From contig JBBTRG010000007.1 in NCBI GenBank assembly GCA_038065295.1, positions 1 to 59,528 of the forward strand: 59,528 nt of DNA, given 5' to 3'. Within the stretch, counting starts at the first letter, position 1. The number at the start of each line of letters is the position of its first letter. The notes beneath the pieces are model-generated. The model ran no database searches. It saw only the letters and a program-made list of their open reading frames with translations, and was not told where the DNA came from. The stretch is from Patescibacteria group bacterium (lineage in GTDB: Bacteria; Patescibacteriota; Minisyncoccia; JACROR01). A program made the position numbers and the translations under genes. Positions 39,150-47,144 of the stretch are shown here, piece by piece.

Positions 39150-39563
39150 TTATTTCTTAGGCCTCTTGGCGCCGTATCGGGATCTGCCTTGGCGTCTTTT
39201 CTCCACGCCAGTGGCATCCAATACGCCGCGCACAATATGATACCTTACGCCGGGCAAATCTTTAACCCTACCCCCTCTTATCATAACAATGGAATGTTCC
39301 TGCAAATTATGCCCCTCGCCCGGGATATAAGCGGTTACTTCCATGCCATTAGTCAGGCGCACCCTCGCCACTTTTCGCAAGGCGGAATTCGGTTTCTTCG
39401 GAGTTACGGTTTTCACATTGACGCACACTCCGCGCTTGAAAGGCGAAGCGTAAAAATTCGGCCGGTTTTTAATCAAATTAAAACTGCGCAAAAGCGCCAC
39501 CGCTTTGGATTTCTTGCGGACTTCCTGCCGCTTGGTTTTACACAGCTGATTAATCGTAGGCAT
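39150..39563 (-). CDS. rpsL: 30S ribosomal protein S12
   Basis: MPTINQL start and [17 protein letters not shown] motif. The track's 12-codon extension is unlikely. Confidence 0.96.
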   Translation of the reverse strand: MPTINQLCKTKRQEVRKKSKAVALLRSFNLIKNRPNFYASPFKRGVCVNVKTVTPKKPNSALRKVARVRLTNGMEVTAYIPGEGHNLQEHSIVMIRGGRVKDLPGVRYHIVRGVLDATGVEKRRQGRSRYGAKRPKK

Positions 39564-39570
39564 ACGAACC

Positions 39571-39599
39571 ACTCTATCAAAATAAAAAAATAGCGTCAA
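39571..39599 (-). promoter_or_regulatory. possible promoter TTGACG-N17-TAGAGT directly abutting the rpsL ATG
   Basis: Minus strand reads TTGACGctatttttttattttgaTAGAGTggttcgtATG. Only 7 nt separate the -10-like hexamer from the start codon. Confidence 0.3.
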
Positions 39600-39714
39600 C
39601 CCCGTTAGAGGTTGCGTAAAAATGCACGATTTCGTCGCTAATAAAGCCGCAGGCGACTTCGCTGACTTTACACAAATTGCCTCAACTTACGGCTGAACCT
39701 CTAACGAGGTCAAC

Positions 39715-39736
39715 CCCGTCATTCACTAATGACGGG
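39715..39736 (-). other. 9-bp hairpin after the M50 protease gene
   Basis: cccgtcatt-cact-aatgacggg, about 26 nt downstream of the stop at 39762. No clear U-run. Confidence 0.4.
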
Positions 39737-39761
39737 ATCAACTCGCGCGCAAAAATAATAC

Positions 39762-40397
39762 CTAAATCCCCATGCCCGTCAACAAACGGAAAATGAAAAA
39801 TACGACGGGCATGATCAAGCTCCAAAAAAAGAAAATGAAGAGCAAAAGCAAAAACATTCCGTATTGTTCCAAAAATACCGTGATATGCTGCCAGCGATAA
39901 GGCATGAGCGCGAAAAGCACTTTGGAGCCGTCCAACGGCGAAATCGGCACCAAATTAAACACCGCCAAAAGTATATTAATAAATACGATCATCGTCACTA
40001 TCTGAATAAAGGCCGGCGGCAAAACCATCCAAGAACTATGCAGCGTAAGCCTCACGAATAATCCAAAAACCAAAGCGATCAAGAGATTCGCCGCAGGACC
40101 GCCTAAAGCTACCATAGCCGGTCCCCATTTTTGGTTGCGAAGATTATACGGATTGTAAGGCACGGGCTTGGCCCATCCAAAAATAAAACCTCCTATCAAA
40201 TAAGTAACGGCCGGCACGATAAACGACCCCAAAAAATCCAAATGTTTCAGAGGGTTTAACGTAAGTCTGCCCGCGTATTTCGCCGTCATATCTCCCAAGC
40301 GGTAAGCGACATAACCATGGGACACTTCGTGCACCACCACGGACATTATGAGCACCGCCACGGAGAAAATAAAATCAAAGCCTGAAATCATAGACAA
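39762..40397 (-). CDS. site-2 protease family (peptidase M50) membrane metalloprotease
   Basis: HEVSHG (HExxH) in the first TM region and an NLVPISPLDG second metal-ligand motif; 211 aa, multi-TM. Confidence 0.85.
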   Translation of the reverse strand: MSMISGFDFIFSVAVLIMSVVVHEVSHGYVAYRLGDMTAKYAGRLTLNPLKHLDFLGSFIVPAVTYLIGGFIFGWAKPVPYNPYNLRNQKWGPAMVALGGPAANLLIALVFGLFVRLTLHSSWMVLPPAFIQIVTMIVFINILLAVFNLVPISPLDGSKVLFALMPYRWQHITVFLEQYGMFLLLLFIFFFWSLIMPVVFFIFRLLTGMGI

Positions 40398-40480
40398 TTA
40401 TTTTGAATTATTATACAGTATACAAATAATATAATACATAGTATAAAATATCTATCCATTAGCAATATTTGAACAAAACC

Positions 40481-40684
40481 ATGACTAAATGCGCTATTTG
40501 TGAAAAAGGATCCCGCATGGGAGGCAAAAGAAATCTTCTTCGCGGAAAATACAACCCCACGCCGCATAAAAGAAAATATCCCAATCTGCAATGGGCTCGT
40601 CTTCCCGCGGGAGGACGCATTAAAATTTGCACGCGTTGCCTGAAAAAAAATCTTCACATGAACATCAAAAGCGCGGCAAAATAG
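40481..40684 (+). CDS. rpmB: 50S ribosomal protein L28
   Basis: MTKCAICEKGSRMGGKRNLLRGKYNPTPHKRKYPNLQW follows the L28 pattern (...KR.f.PNLq). ATG at 40481 preferred over the track's TTG at 40469. Confidence 0.75.
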   Translation: MTKCAICEKGSRMGGKRNLLRGKYNPTPHKRKYPNLQWARLPAGGRIKICTRCLKKNLHMNIKSAAK

Positions 40685-40696
40685 CTCGCGCTTTTT
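40667..40696 (+). terminator. hairpin plus T-run overlapping the rpmB stop
   Basis: aaaagcgcg (40667-75) pairs with cgcgctttt (40687-95); 11-nt loop, then T residues. Confidence 0.5.
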
Positions 40697-40714
40697 GAAT
40701 AAATAAGTGTATTA

Positions 40715-40785
40715 CGGGCTGTAGCGTAACGGCAGCGCACACCCTTGGGGTGGGTGAGGACGGAGTCCGATTCTCCGCAGCCCGA
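40715..40785 (+). tRNA. tRNA-Pro (anticodon GGG)
   Basis: Hand-folded cloverleaf: acceptor CGGGCUG/CAGCCCG (C1:G72), D arm GCGU-AACGGCA-GCGC, anticodon arm CACCC-UUGGGGU-GGGUG with G37, 4-nt variable loop, T arm CGGAG-UCCGAUU-CUCCG, discriminator A73. No encoded CCA. The T-loop has C at position 55. Confidence 0.75.
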
Positions 40786-40849
40786 CATTGCTATACATAA
40801 AAAATAATATCACACTCTTAACCTGGCGCTTTTGAAACACTGGGTTAAT

Positions 40850-40869
40850 CTGCCTACCGGCAAGCAGGT
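40850..40869 (+). repeat. 20-nt palindromic element, copy near tRNA-Pro
   Basis: CTGCCTACCGGCAAGCAGGT matches the reverse complement of 47754-47773 at 19 of 20 positions. Confidence 0.8.
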
Positions 40870-40915
40870 GCGGAAAAATTCTCAAAACGGCCTATTTTTG
40901 CTAAAATGGGGGTAT

Positions 40916-41938
40916 ATGACGCACAAGCTTATATCATTTGTCCTAGCGGAATCTTCCAAGTTAAAAAAGGGTGAATTGGTAATGACACTCCCGCCGCAGA
41001 GTGCGCCGCATTATTTTGCCACCACCATACCGCCCCAGCACACCATTGGTCAGAAAAAGAAAAACATAAACGGCCAGGACATAAATTTTCTCATAAAATC
41101 CTATCATCCGGACATTTTAGTGGTGGAAGCCACGACTGAAATAGACGACGCCTTTTCCATAGACACTTTTGAATTACGGAAAAAATTGATAGACGCCTGC
41201 CAGCAAATAAGCAAAGAGCACGGCGGCAGTTTTGAAATGAGCGAAGAATATTCCGTAGCGGTGGTATCAGGATACCAGGGGGATCCGGAGCAATTCTTTA
41301 ACCAATCTCCCGCCATAGTAAGATTTTTAAAATCAGAACGAATCGCGTTGGACGAATATGAAATAAAACATGCCGTGCAAAATCAGATAAAATACGCGCA
41401 AAACGATCTTTCCATTATAGGGTGGGACGGAGCGTTCGTTTTTGAACCGGGCGAAGAATACCAATCCGATATAGAGCTGTTTCAAATTGCCACCTTGCAA
41501 CTGCTCCGCTACCGCATTTTAGAACAGGATCTGTCTGAACGCCTCACCAAAGCGTCAAAATTAATCTCCAAATCATCGCGCACCGAGCTCGTGGTTTGGA
41601 GCACTAAAGAAGTGGAAAAAGCTTTCAAAGAAGTCATAGCCTTGCGCGGACAATCTATTTCGCAATTTGACGTTATTGAACGTGAAATCAAATTAATCGG
41701 CGACTGGTATTCCGCCAAATTATACGAAATGCTCGCCAAGATGTTTCAATTCAATGAATGGCGAACGATTATCAAGGACAAATTGGAATCCATAGAAGAT
41801 GTCTATAATATCGTGTCCGAAAATTTCAGCATTACGCGCTATCACGCGCTGGAAATGATCCAATTGGTGCTTTTCTTCGTCCTGCAATTAGGATGGTTTA
41901 TCTTAATAGCGCTGGAACTAAAAGGGTTGTTAAAATAA
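40916..41938 (+). CDS. hypothetical protein with C-terminal TM anchor (possibly DUF155/RMD1-like)
   Basis: 340 aa from the ATG at 40916, with a GGGGG purine tract just upstream. Soluble domain then hydrophobic LVLFFVLQLGWFILIAL tail. The family guess is weak. Confidence 0.65.
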   Translation: MTHKLISFVLAESSKLKKGELVMTLPPQSAPHYFATTIPPQHTIGQKKKNINGQDINFLIKSYHPDILVVEATTEIDDAFSIDTFELRKKLIDACQQISKEHGGSFEMSEEYSVAVVSGYQGDPEQFFNQSPAIVRFLKSERIALDEYEIKHAVQNQIKYAQNDLSIIGWDGAFVFEPGEEYQSDIELFQIATLQLLRYRILEQDLSERLTKASKLISKSSRTELVVWSTKEVEKAFKEVIALRGQSISQFDVIEREIKLIGDWYSAKLYEMLAKMFQFNEWRTIIKDKLESIEDVYNIVSENFSITRYHALEMIQLVLFFVLQLGWFILIALELKGLLK

Positions 41939-41975
41939 AATCCAGTACTTTTTTGTTATAAAAAAGTACTGGATT
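41939..41975. terminator. bidirectional intrinsic terminator between convergent genes
   Basis: Perfect 16-bp stem aatccagtactttttt/aaaaaagtactggatt with a 5-nt loop. A/T runs lie within both arms. Confidence 0.85.
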
Positions 41976-41987
41976 ATGATTGAAAAT

Positions 41988-43937
41988 TTATCGCAGAAAA
42001 TCCATAAACGAAAAAAGTGGAATTCCGACAATAAAGGGAATATAAGACGAAGGCGCCGAAGTCGGCTCTGATGCCGGATTCATAATCGGCTGTACAGGCA
42101 TCGGTTCCGTCCCTGGCGCGAACTGCTCAGTCCCGGCCGAAGGAGGTGGAGTCTGCATCACACCTCCCTGAAGCGGCTGTATCATATCAGCCGGTGTCTG
42201 CATAACGCGATATTCTCCCTCTTGAGGTTTAAATGAGTTATAAGGCATATTATCTCCCGGCTTTATCATGCCTTCCGGCATTTTAAATCCCTCTAACGGC
42301 ATCGAAGGCCTAAATTCTCCGGGTTGCATGGGCGCCACTTGTCCCTCGCGTTCTCCTTGCGAGGGTGCTCCAAACATTTGAAACTCTCCGAGCTTACCTT
42401 GAAATTCTTGTGGCGGCATCATACTCCTCTGAGGGTGCGCATCAATTTGCGGCACGCCTTTTTGTGTGGGAACACTGCGACACTCATCCGCGTGCGCCAA
42501 ATCGGCACAATAATCTTCACGCTGTTGAAATCCCTGACGATACCCTTCAAACATCTGCAAACGCTCATTGTATTCGTTTTCCATTCCCGAAGGCGAACCC
42601 ATGCGCGCCCCCGCTCCTTCGCCAAGCATCGATCTTACCCCCTCTCCCTGCCTCATTTCCGTATCCATAAAACTTTTCAGCATCTGCTTCGCCCGATCCG
42701 GACTCATCATGCCGGCTCCCACCGAAAAAGCGGCGCATTCGTCAAAATGTGCGGTATCTTCGCAATACGAACGGCACTCCTGTTCATTTTTGCATCCGCC
42801 CGGACCTCCCTGTTTTTCCAATTTTCCGCGGATGGATTTTTCCTTTTCCATTCTCTGAATGTCATTTTCGGAAATCAAACCGCGTTCTTTGGCAAAAGCA
42901 AAGCATGCTTCGCCGTTTTCCGGACGGGAACAAAATTCATCGCAAGCCTGCCTACCCGTGCATCCTCCTGGGCCTGGCTCTTTGGCTAATTTTGTAAATT
43001 TTCTAGCCTGCTCCGCTTCCGCCGGATCCATAAAACCCTCTCTTACGGCAAAATTAATACACTCTTCTCCATGTTCGGGATTTTGGCAATAATTCTCGCA
43101 CTCCCGCCCGCGGCATCCTCCCGGACCTTCCGCGTTCATCATTTTCTTTGCCCGCTCCAACTCCTGCGCTGGCATCAATCCGTGATCCACGGCAAATTGC
43201 AAACATACCGCGTCATTTCCCGGCGTCCCGCAGAAAGCGTCGCACTCATCCATAGTTTTACAGCCCCCCGGCCCTCCCTCTGTCTCCAGCAACTTTCTGG
43301 CTTTTTCAATGTCAATCTGCGGAGGTTGCGGCCCGCGCGGCTCCATTCCCTCCGGAGGGCCCATTCGCCCCGGCCCGCTGAATTCTTTCATTCGCCCTAT
43401 CATAAAATCCGCCTCTTCCTGGCTTATCTTGCCTTCCTGCACCGCGAAATTTACGCAAACCTCGGCGTTGTCCGGGGTACGACAAAAATCATCGCATTCC
43501 TTCTGCGAATTGCATCCGCCGGGGCCCGTGCGCCGCTCAACTTTCCTCAATTCTTCTTGCGGCGCCAAATCGTGTTCTTTGGCAAAAGCAAAACATGTAT
43601 CGGTATTTTCTTCGCGCGAACAAAACGCGTCGCACTCTTCAAAAGACCTGCATCCGCCGGGACCAGCGTCATTTTTCAGAGTCTCCCGAGCGCGTCTTTC
43701 AAACTGATCGCCTTCCGCGAGACGTTGCTCTTCTTTTACAAAACCGTTGGCTTTGGCCCAGGACAAACATGCCAGAGCATTCGCCGAATCATCGCAAAAA
43801 ACTTTGCATTCATCCATAGAGCCACAGTTCCCAAGCTCGGCCACCGGAAATTTAATGTCAAAGGGATTAATTTGTGCGAAGACCGGAACGGCAAAAAGCG
43901 CGAGAAGCGGCAAAATAATTTTAAATAAATTTTTCAT
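41988..43937 (-). CDS. secreted Cys-rich repeat protein with P/M/Q-rich tail and C-terminal hydrophobic anchor
   Basis: Signal peptide MKNLFKIILPLLALFAVPVFAQ. Seven modules of C-x(4-5)-C-x3-C-x8-C-x2-[FW]-[AS], six of them starting GPGGC, plus a half module. Low-complexity PQGM-rich C-terminal third, ending YIPFIVGIPLFSFMDFLR. Confidence 0.85.
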   Translation of the reverse strand: MKNLFKIILPLLALFAVPVFAQINPFDIKFPVAELGNCGSMDECKVFCDDSANALACLSWAKANGFVKEEQRLAEGDQFERRARETLKNDAGPGGCRSFEECDAFCSREENTDTCFAFAKEHDLAPQEELRKVERRTGPGGCNSQKECDDFCRTPDNAEVCVNFAVQEGKISQEEADFMIGRMKEFSGPGRMGPPEGMEPRGPQPPQIDIEKARKLLETEGGPGGCKTMDECDAFCGTPGNDAVCLQFAVDHGLMPAQELERAKKMMNAEGPGGCRGRECENYCQNPEHGEECINFAVREGFMDPAEAEQARKFTKLAKEPGPGGCTGRQACDEFCSRPENGEACFAFAKERGLISENDIQRMEKEKSIRGKLEKQGGPGGCKNEQECRSYCEDTAHFDECAAFSVGAGMMSPDRAKQMLKSFMDTEMRQGEGVRSMLGEGAGARMGSPSGMENEYNERLQMFEGYRQGFQQREDYCADLAHADECRSVPTQKGVPQIDAHPQRSMMPPQEFQGKLGEFQMFGAPSQGEREGQVAPMQPGEFRPSMPLEGFKMPEGMIKPGDNMPYNSFKPQEGEYRVMQTPADMIQPLQGGVMQTPPPSAGTEQFAPGTEPMPVQPIMNPASEPTSAPSSYIPFIVGIPLFSFMDFLR

Positions 43938-43976
43938 AAAACTATAACAAAAAATTAAGCCAGTTATTTGGCGCGA

Positions 43977-44258
43977 TTATTGGCTAAAAATAGTCTTGCC
44001 GGTTCCTTCAAAAGGATTTTGATATCCGCCCTTGAAGGGGTTGACCGTTTCCGCGGAAAAAGGATTTGCCTCTTTGGCTAATTTTTCCTGCGCGTCTTTG
44101 ATCGCTTGTTCCTCCGCGGATTTTTGTTCCGCGAGCAAAGTGCTCTTGCCAAAGGCTGTTCCTTTGGAAAAACCGTAATAATATCCTCCGACAAGCCCCA
44201 ACGCGAGCGCCGCGGCCACTGTAACGGCTAAAAATACTTTTGATTTGTCTCCCTCCAT
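43977..44258 (-). CDS. small membrane-anchored hypothetical protein
   Basis: 93 aa with one TM (VFLAVTVAAALALGLVGGYYY) followed by a charged helical region. Confidence 0.55.
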   Translation of the reverse strand: MEGDKSKVFLAVTVAAALALGLVGGYYYGFSKGTAFGKSTLLAEQKSAEEQAIKDAQEKLAKEANPFSAETVNPFKGGYQNPFEGTGKTIFSQ

Positions 44259-44297
44259 ATTATTAAAATTTAAACTTATAATTTAATACTAGAAAAT

Positions 44298-44909
44298 TTA
44301 ACGGCGGATATAGCGGCCCATCGCTTCCGCCTCCGTGAGCACATGCCCCTGCATGGCCTGTTTTAATTCTAACGCGCCGGCGCCCGAAGACAAATCAAGC
44401 ATCATATCCAACGCGTAAAGCCGGAAAAAATATCGATGCTCTCCGGAGCGTGGGCACGGTCCTCTGTAGCCGGTATTGCCAAAGCTGTTTATTCCTTCCA
44501 CGATGTTTTCCGGTTTTCCGTTTTCTTTTATTTCCTTTTCATCCGGACGAATATTCCACATCACCCAATGCGCGAAATTGCCGGACGGAGAATCCGGATC
44601 GTCCATAAGCAAAGCGAGGCTTTTCGCCTCCGGCGGAACATCAGAAATTTTCAAAGCCGGACTCGAGTCGTCTCCATCACAGGTATATTGCGCGGGAATG
44701 GCCGCGCCATCTTCAAAACTCGGACTAAAAATTTTCATAAAATTTTCTTGATTAACTCCAACCGCGCCCGAAGATTGTTCTATGGGTGCCGTTTGTGACC
44801 TTTTACTGATAATGCTGGAGCTCGCGGCAAGGACATAAACCGCCGCCGCCAAAGCAAGCAAAAAAATTAACTTAATTAACAGCTTGCTTATGATAATTAT
44901 CTCTTTCAT
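44298..44909 (-). CDS. YbhB/YbcL-family PEBP (Raf kinase inhibitor-like) protein, N-terminally anchored
   Basis: DDPDSPSG...HWVMWNI...GYRGPCPRSGEHRYFFRLYALD signature. Confidence 0.85.
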   Translation of the reverse strand: MKEIIIISKLLIKLIFLLALAAAVYVLAASSSIISKRSQTAPIEQSSGAVGVNQENFMKIFSPSFEDGAAIPAQYTCDGDDSSPALKISDVPPEAKSLALLMDDPDSPSGNFAHWVMWNIRPDEKEIKENGKPENIVEGINSFGNTGYRGPCPRSGEHRYFFRLYALDMMLDLSSGAGALELKQAMQGHVLTEAEAMGRYIRR

Positions 44910-44969
44910 GTTATGAATTTATAATAGCATAAATGGCTCTTTAAAAATTAACGACTGTGAATAAGGAAA

Positions 44970-45383
44970 ATGTCTATGGAACAATTCTATCTTTTTTTAG
45001 AACGGTTTTACTTCGCGTCATACGCGCTTATAGCGTGTTTGGTTATATTTTATTTTTCGCCATTCAAAAGCCGAAATTGGCAAAAATTATTTTTATTTTT
45101 TGCCGTGGCGAGCGTTGCCGACACCATAAGCACGTTATTCGCGGTACATAAATACGGATGGGCAAGCGAAGCCAACCTGGTAATAAAAACCGTGGGGCCG
45201 TATCTCGGTTTTGACTTGACGCTAATTTCCGTCAATCTGCTTATTCCCATCATTATTTACTATGCCGTGGGAAAATTATTTGGCGATAAAACAGAAATTG
45301 TAAAATTCATATTCTTCGCCTCGGCCGCGGCGCGCGGCACAGCGGCAATATTCAATACGGTAATTTATTTATGGACGCCTTAA
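44970..45383 (+). CDS. hypothetical membrane protein (DUF5658-like)
   Basis: 137 aa, 4 TM. ADTISTLFAVHKYGWASEANLV resembles the D..T......G..E.N motif. Confidence 0.6.
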   Translation: MSMEQFYLFLERFYFASYALIACLVIFYFSPFKSRNWQKLFLFFAVASVADTISTLFAVHKYGWASEANLVIKTVGPYLGFDLTLISVNLLIPIIIYYAVGKLFGDKTEIVKFIFFASAAARGTAAIFNTVIYLWTP

Positions 45384-45412
45384 AAACTTCATCTTTTAGA
45401 TGAAGTTTTTTT
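45382..45412 (+). terminator. intrinsic terminator
   Basis: 13-bp stem aaaaacttcatct/agatgaagttttt with a 3-nt loop and a T-run. Overlaps the stop codon of the preceding gene. Confidence 0.8.
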
Positions 45413-45439
45413 AAACACGCGACTGACGAACACATGCAA

Positions 45440-45468
45440 TTGACAAAAATAATTCGCTTCTATAGACT
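45440..45468 (+). promoter_or_regulatory. sigma70-like promoter TTGACA-N17-TAGACT
   Basis: Consensus -35 hexamer with 17-nt spacing to TAGACT, 155 nt upstream of the htrA start. Confidence 0.45.
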
Positions 45469-45557
45469 AATAACAATACCCAAAGGAAAGGGCATTCGTA
45501 AGCATAAGACTGACGAAAACGACTCTATCCTAAAGGGGGCTAATTTGATTTGTGATT

Positions 45558-45587
45558 AAAATCCGGGGCTTTGCCTCGGATTTTTTT
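45558..45587 (+). terminator. terminator/attenuator hairpin in the htrA leader
   Basis: AAAATCCGGGGC-TTT-GCCTCGGATTTT: 12 bp including one G.T pair, followed by TTT. Ends 36 nt before the htrA GTG. Confidence 0.6.
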
Positions 45588-45623
45588 ATAAAAGAACCTT
45601 GAAAACCAAATAAGGGAGGCAAA

Positions 45624-46712
45624 GTGAAGCTGATAATGACTATTCTCTGTGTGGTATTTATGCAAGTGAGTGGCTGTGCCTCCATTCCGGAAAATCAGGA
45701 TCAAAAAACGGAAAAAGTAATCGCGGAAGCCAATAAAGCCGTGGTTTTTATTAAATCTGCTCAGATGGAAAGTATTGATGATAAAGGAATTAAAAAACAA
45801 GAAAGAGGATTTGGCAGTGGCTTTATGATAAGAGAAGACGGATACATGCTGACTGCTTGGCATGTCATAGGCGCGCCAAATGCCGAAATAAAAGCATGCC
45901 TTCAACGTAAAACAACGGGCCGTTATGGAGATCTTGAAATCCCGGATTGCAGGCCCGCTAAAATTGTAGGATTTGATCCTCAAAGAGATGTCGCTTTGCT
46001 GAAAATACAAGGCTCCGGATACCCCACGTTAAAATTAGGAGAAGATCCTCCCGTCGGACATCAAGTCATTGCCCTGGGTCATCCCATGGGATTTTTATGG
46101 ACCGCCACCGTGGGCATAGTGTCCAAAAGTCCCTTAATTCAAGAGGATGAATATTTTACACAAACCGACGCGTCCATATACTTTGGATCTTCAGGCGGAC
46201 CGCTCATTAACACACAGAGCGAAGTAATTGGATTATTGGACAAAATATTAGTACCGAATAGCGCTAAAGCGCCTATAGGCATTTCTCTTGCGATCCCCGT
46301 GGGAGATATTAAAATCCTTCTGCCGAGACTATTGGAGGGCGGCCAAATAAAGCATGGCAGTTTGCATGTTGCATTTGGCTTCATAAACGAACTTGATTTC
46401 CAGGAAATGCCCGCCGATTTCAGAATTCACAAGATATCCGAAAATGTGCCGGGTATGCTTGTCGTAGACATTGATCCGGATGGCATGTCCGCTAAAAACG
46501 GCCTGAAAAAAGGCGACGTGGTCATTAGAGTGAACGGCCAAATGATTAGCAATTTGATAGACGCCACGCGCCTTATCTATTTCCAAAAGCCTGGAACTGA
46601 AGTGGTTTTGGAAGTAATGCGCCAAGGCGAACGCAAATTATTCAAAACGCAATTGGATCAAGAGCCGGAAGCGGACTACAACGTCGCATCCAAATCTAAT
46701 CCCAAAAAATAA
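45624..46712 (+). CDS. htrA: HtrA/DegP-family serine protease with one PDZ domain, lipoprotein-type signal
   Basis: GTG start with GGGAGG SD. Lipobox VSGC; catalytic TAWHV, DVALL and GSSGGPL motifs; C-terminal PDZ (GLKKGDVVIRVNG). Confidence 0.9.
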   Translation: MKLIMTILCVVFMQVSGCASIPENQDQKTEKVIAEANKAVVFIKSAQMESIDDKGIKKQERGFGSGFMIREDGYMLTAWHVIGAPNAEIKACLQRKTTGRYGDLEIPDCRPAKIVGFDPQRDVALLKIQGSGYPTLKLGEDPPVGHQVIALGHPMGFLWTATVGIVSKSPLIQEDEYFTQTDASIYFGSSGGPLINTQSEVIGLLDKILVPNSAKAPIGISLAIPVGDIKILLPRLLEGGQIKHGSLHVAFGFINELDFQEMPADFRIHKISENVPGMLVVDIDPDGMSAKNGLKKGDVVIRVNGQMISNLIDATRLIYFQKPGTEVVLEVMRQGERKLFKTQLDQEPEADYNVASKSNPKK

Positions 46713-46730
46713 GCCGCCAACGCGGCAAAT

Positions 46731-46763
46731 AAAAATCGCGCCAAATCAAGCGCGATTTTTTTA
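46731..46763 (+). terminator. intrinsic terminator after htrA
   Basis: aaaaatcgcgc...gcgcgattttttt: 9-10-bp stem plus a T-run. Confidence 0.75.
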
Positions 46764-46874
46764 TTTTTTGCACTCTTTTAGACAACGTTGGAACCTCTCT
46801 TTTGGATACAAATAAATGGTCTTTATCAAATTCTGTATAAAAAAACCATCCCCGCGAGGATGGCCCTATTTGAA

Positions 46875-47144
46875 TCACATTACAGGGAGGGAATCAATAT
46901 ACAATTCCTGCCTTTCATCGAGTTTCTTCCATCGGCCAGCTTGACCACCGGAACCAACCATTCCTTTCCTCCATACTTTCTTCGTGACTTCACAGCCATC
47001 CCTTCGGCAATTCTTGACTCCTTTTTGAACACCTTCACTCCAAAAGACAAAGTCTAAACCCGTCTCTTTGATCAATTCCTTCACGGACGGCTCCTTTTCA
47101 AATTTATGCAAACCGAATGAGCACAAAAATCCGCCAATCGACAT
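46875..47144 (-). CDS. small hypothetical Cys-containing protein
   Basis: 89 aa with a strong SD AGGGAGGA 8 nt upstream of the ATG. The N-terminal FLCSFGLHKFEKE segment resembles small phage-associated LGxHK[WF] proteins; I am not certain of this. Confidence 0.5.
   Translation of the reverse strand: MSIGGFLCSFGLHKFEKEPSVKELIKETGLDFVFWSEGVQKGVKNCRRDGCEVTKKVWRKGMVGSGGQAGRWKKLDERQELYIDSLPVM

Noticed and set aside
40832-40915. Track start (TTG at 40832) for the 368-aa ORF, which would make the palindromic element coding.
   Set aside because: The extension begins right after tRNA-Pro and translates the palindromic repeat. An ATG at 40916 is preceded by a GGGGG purine tract, so the shorter CDS is preferred.
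42300-43900. Periodic DNA repeats of about 140-150 bp that could be mistaken for a repeat array or CRISPR.
   Set aside because: They are in-frame coding repeats of the Cys-rich module within one long ORF with a signal peptide. There is no short direct repeat/spacer architecture.
45540-46010. 156-aa minus-strand ORF overlapping the htrA 5' region and its leader.
   Set aside because: It overlaps a protease gene with clear catalytic motifs and a strong SD. Its translation is low-complexity and F/I/S/R-rich. It is spurious.
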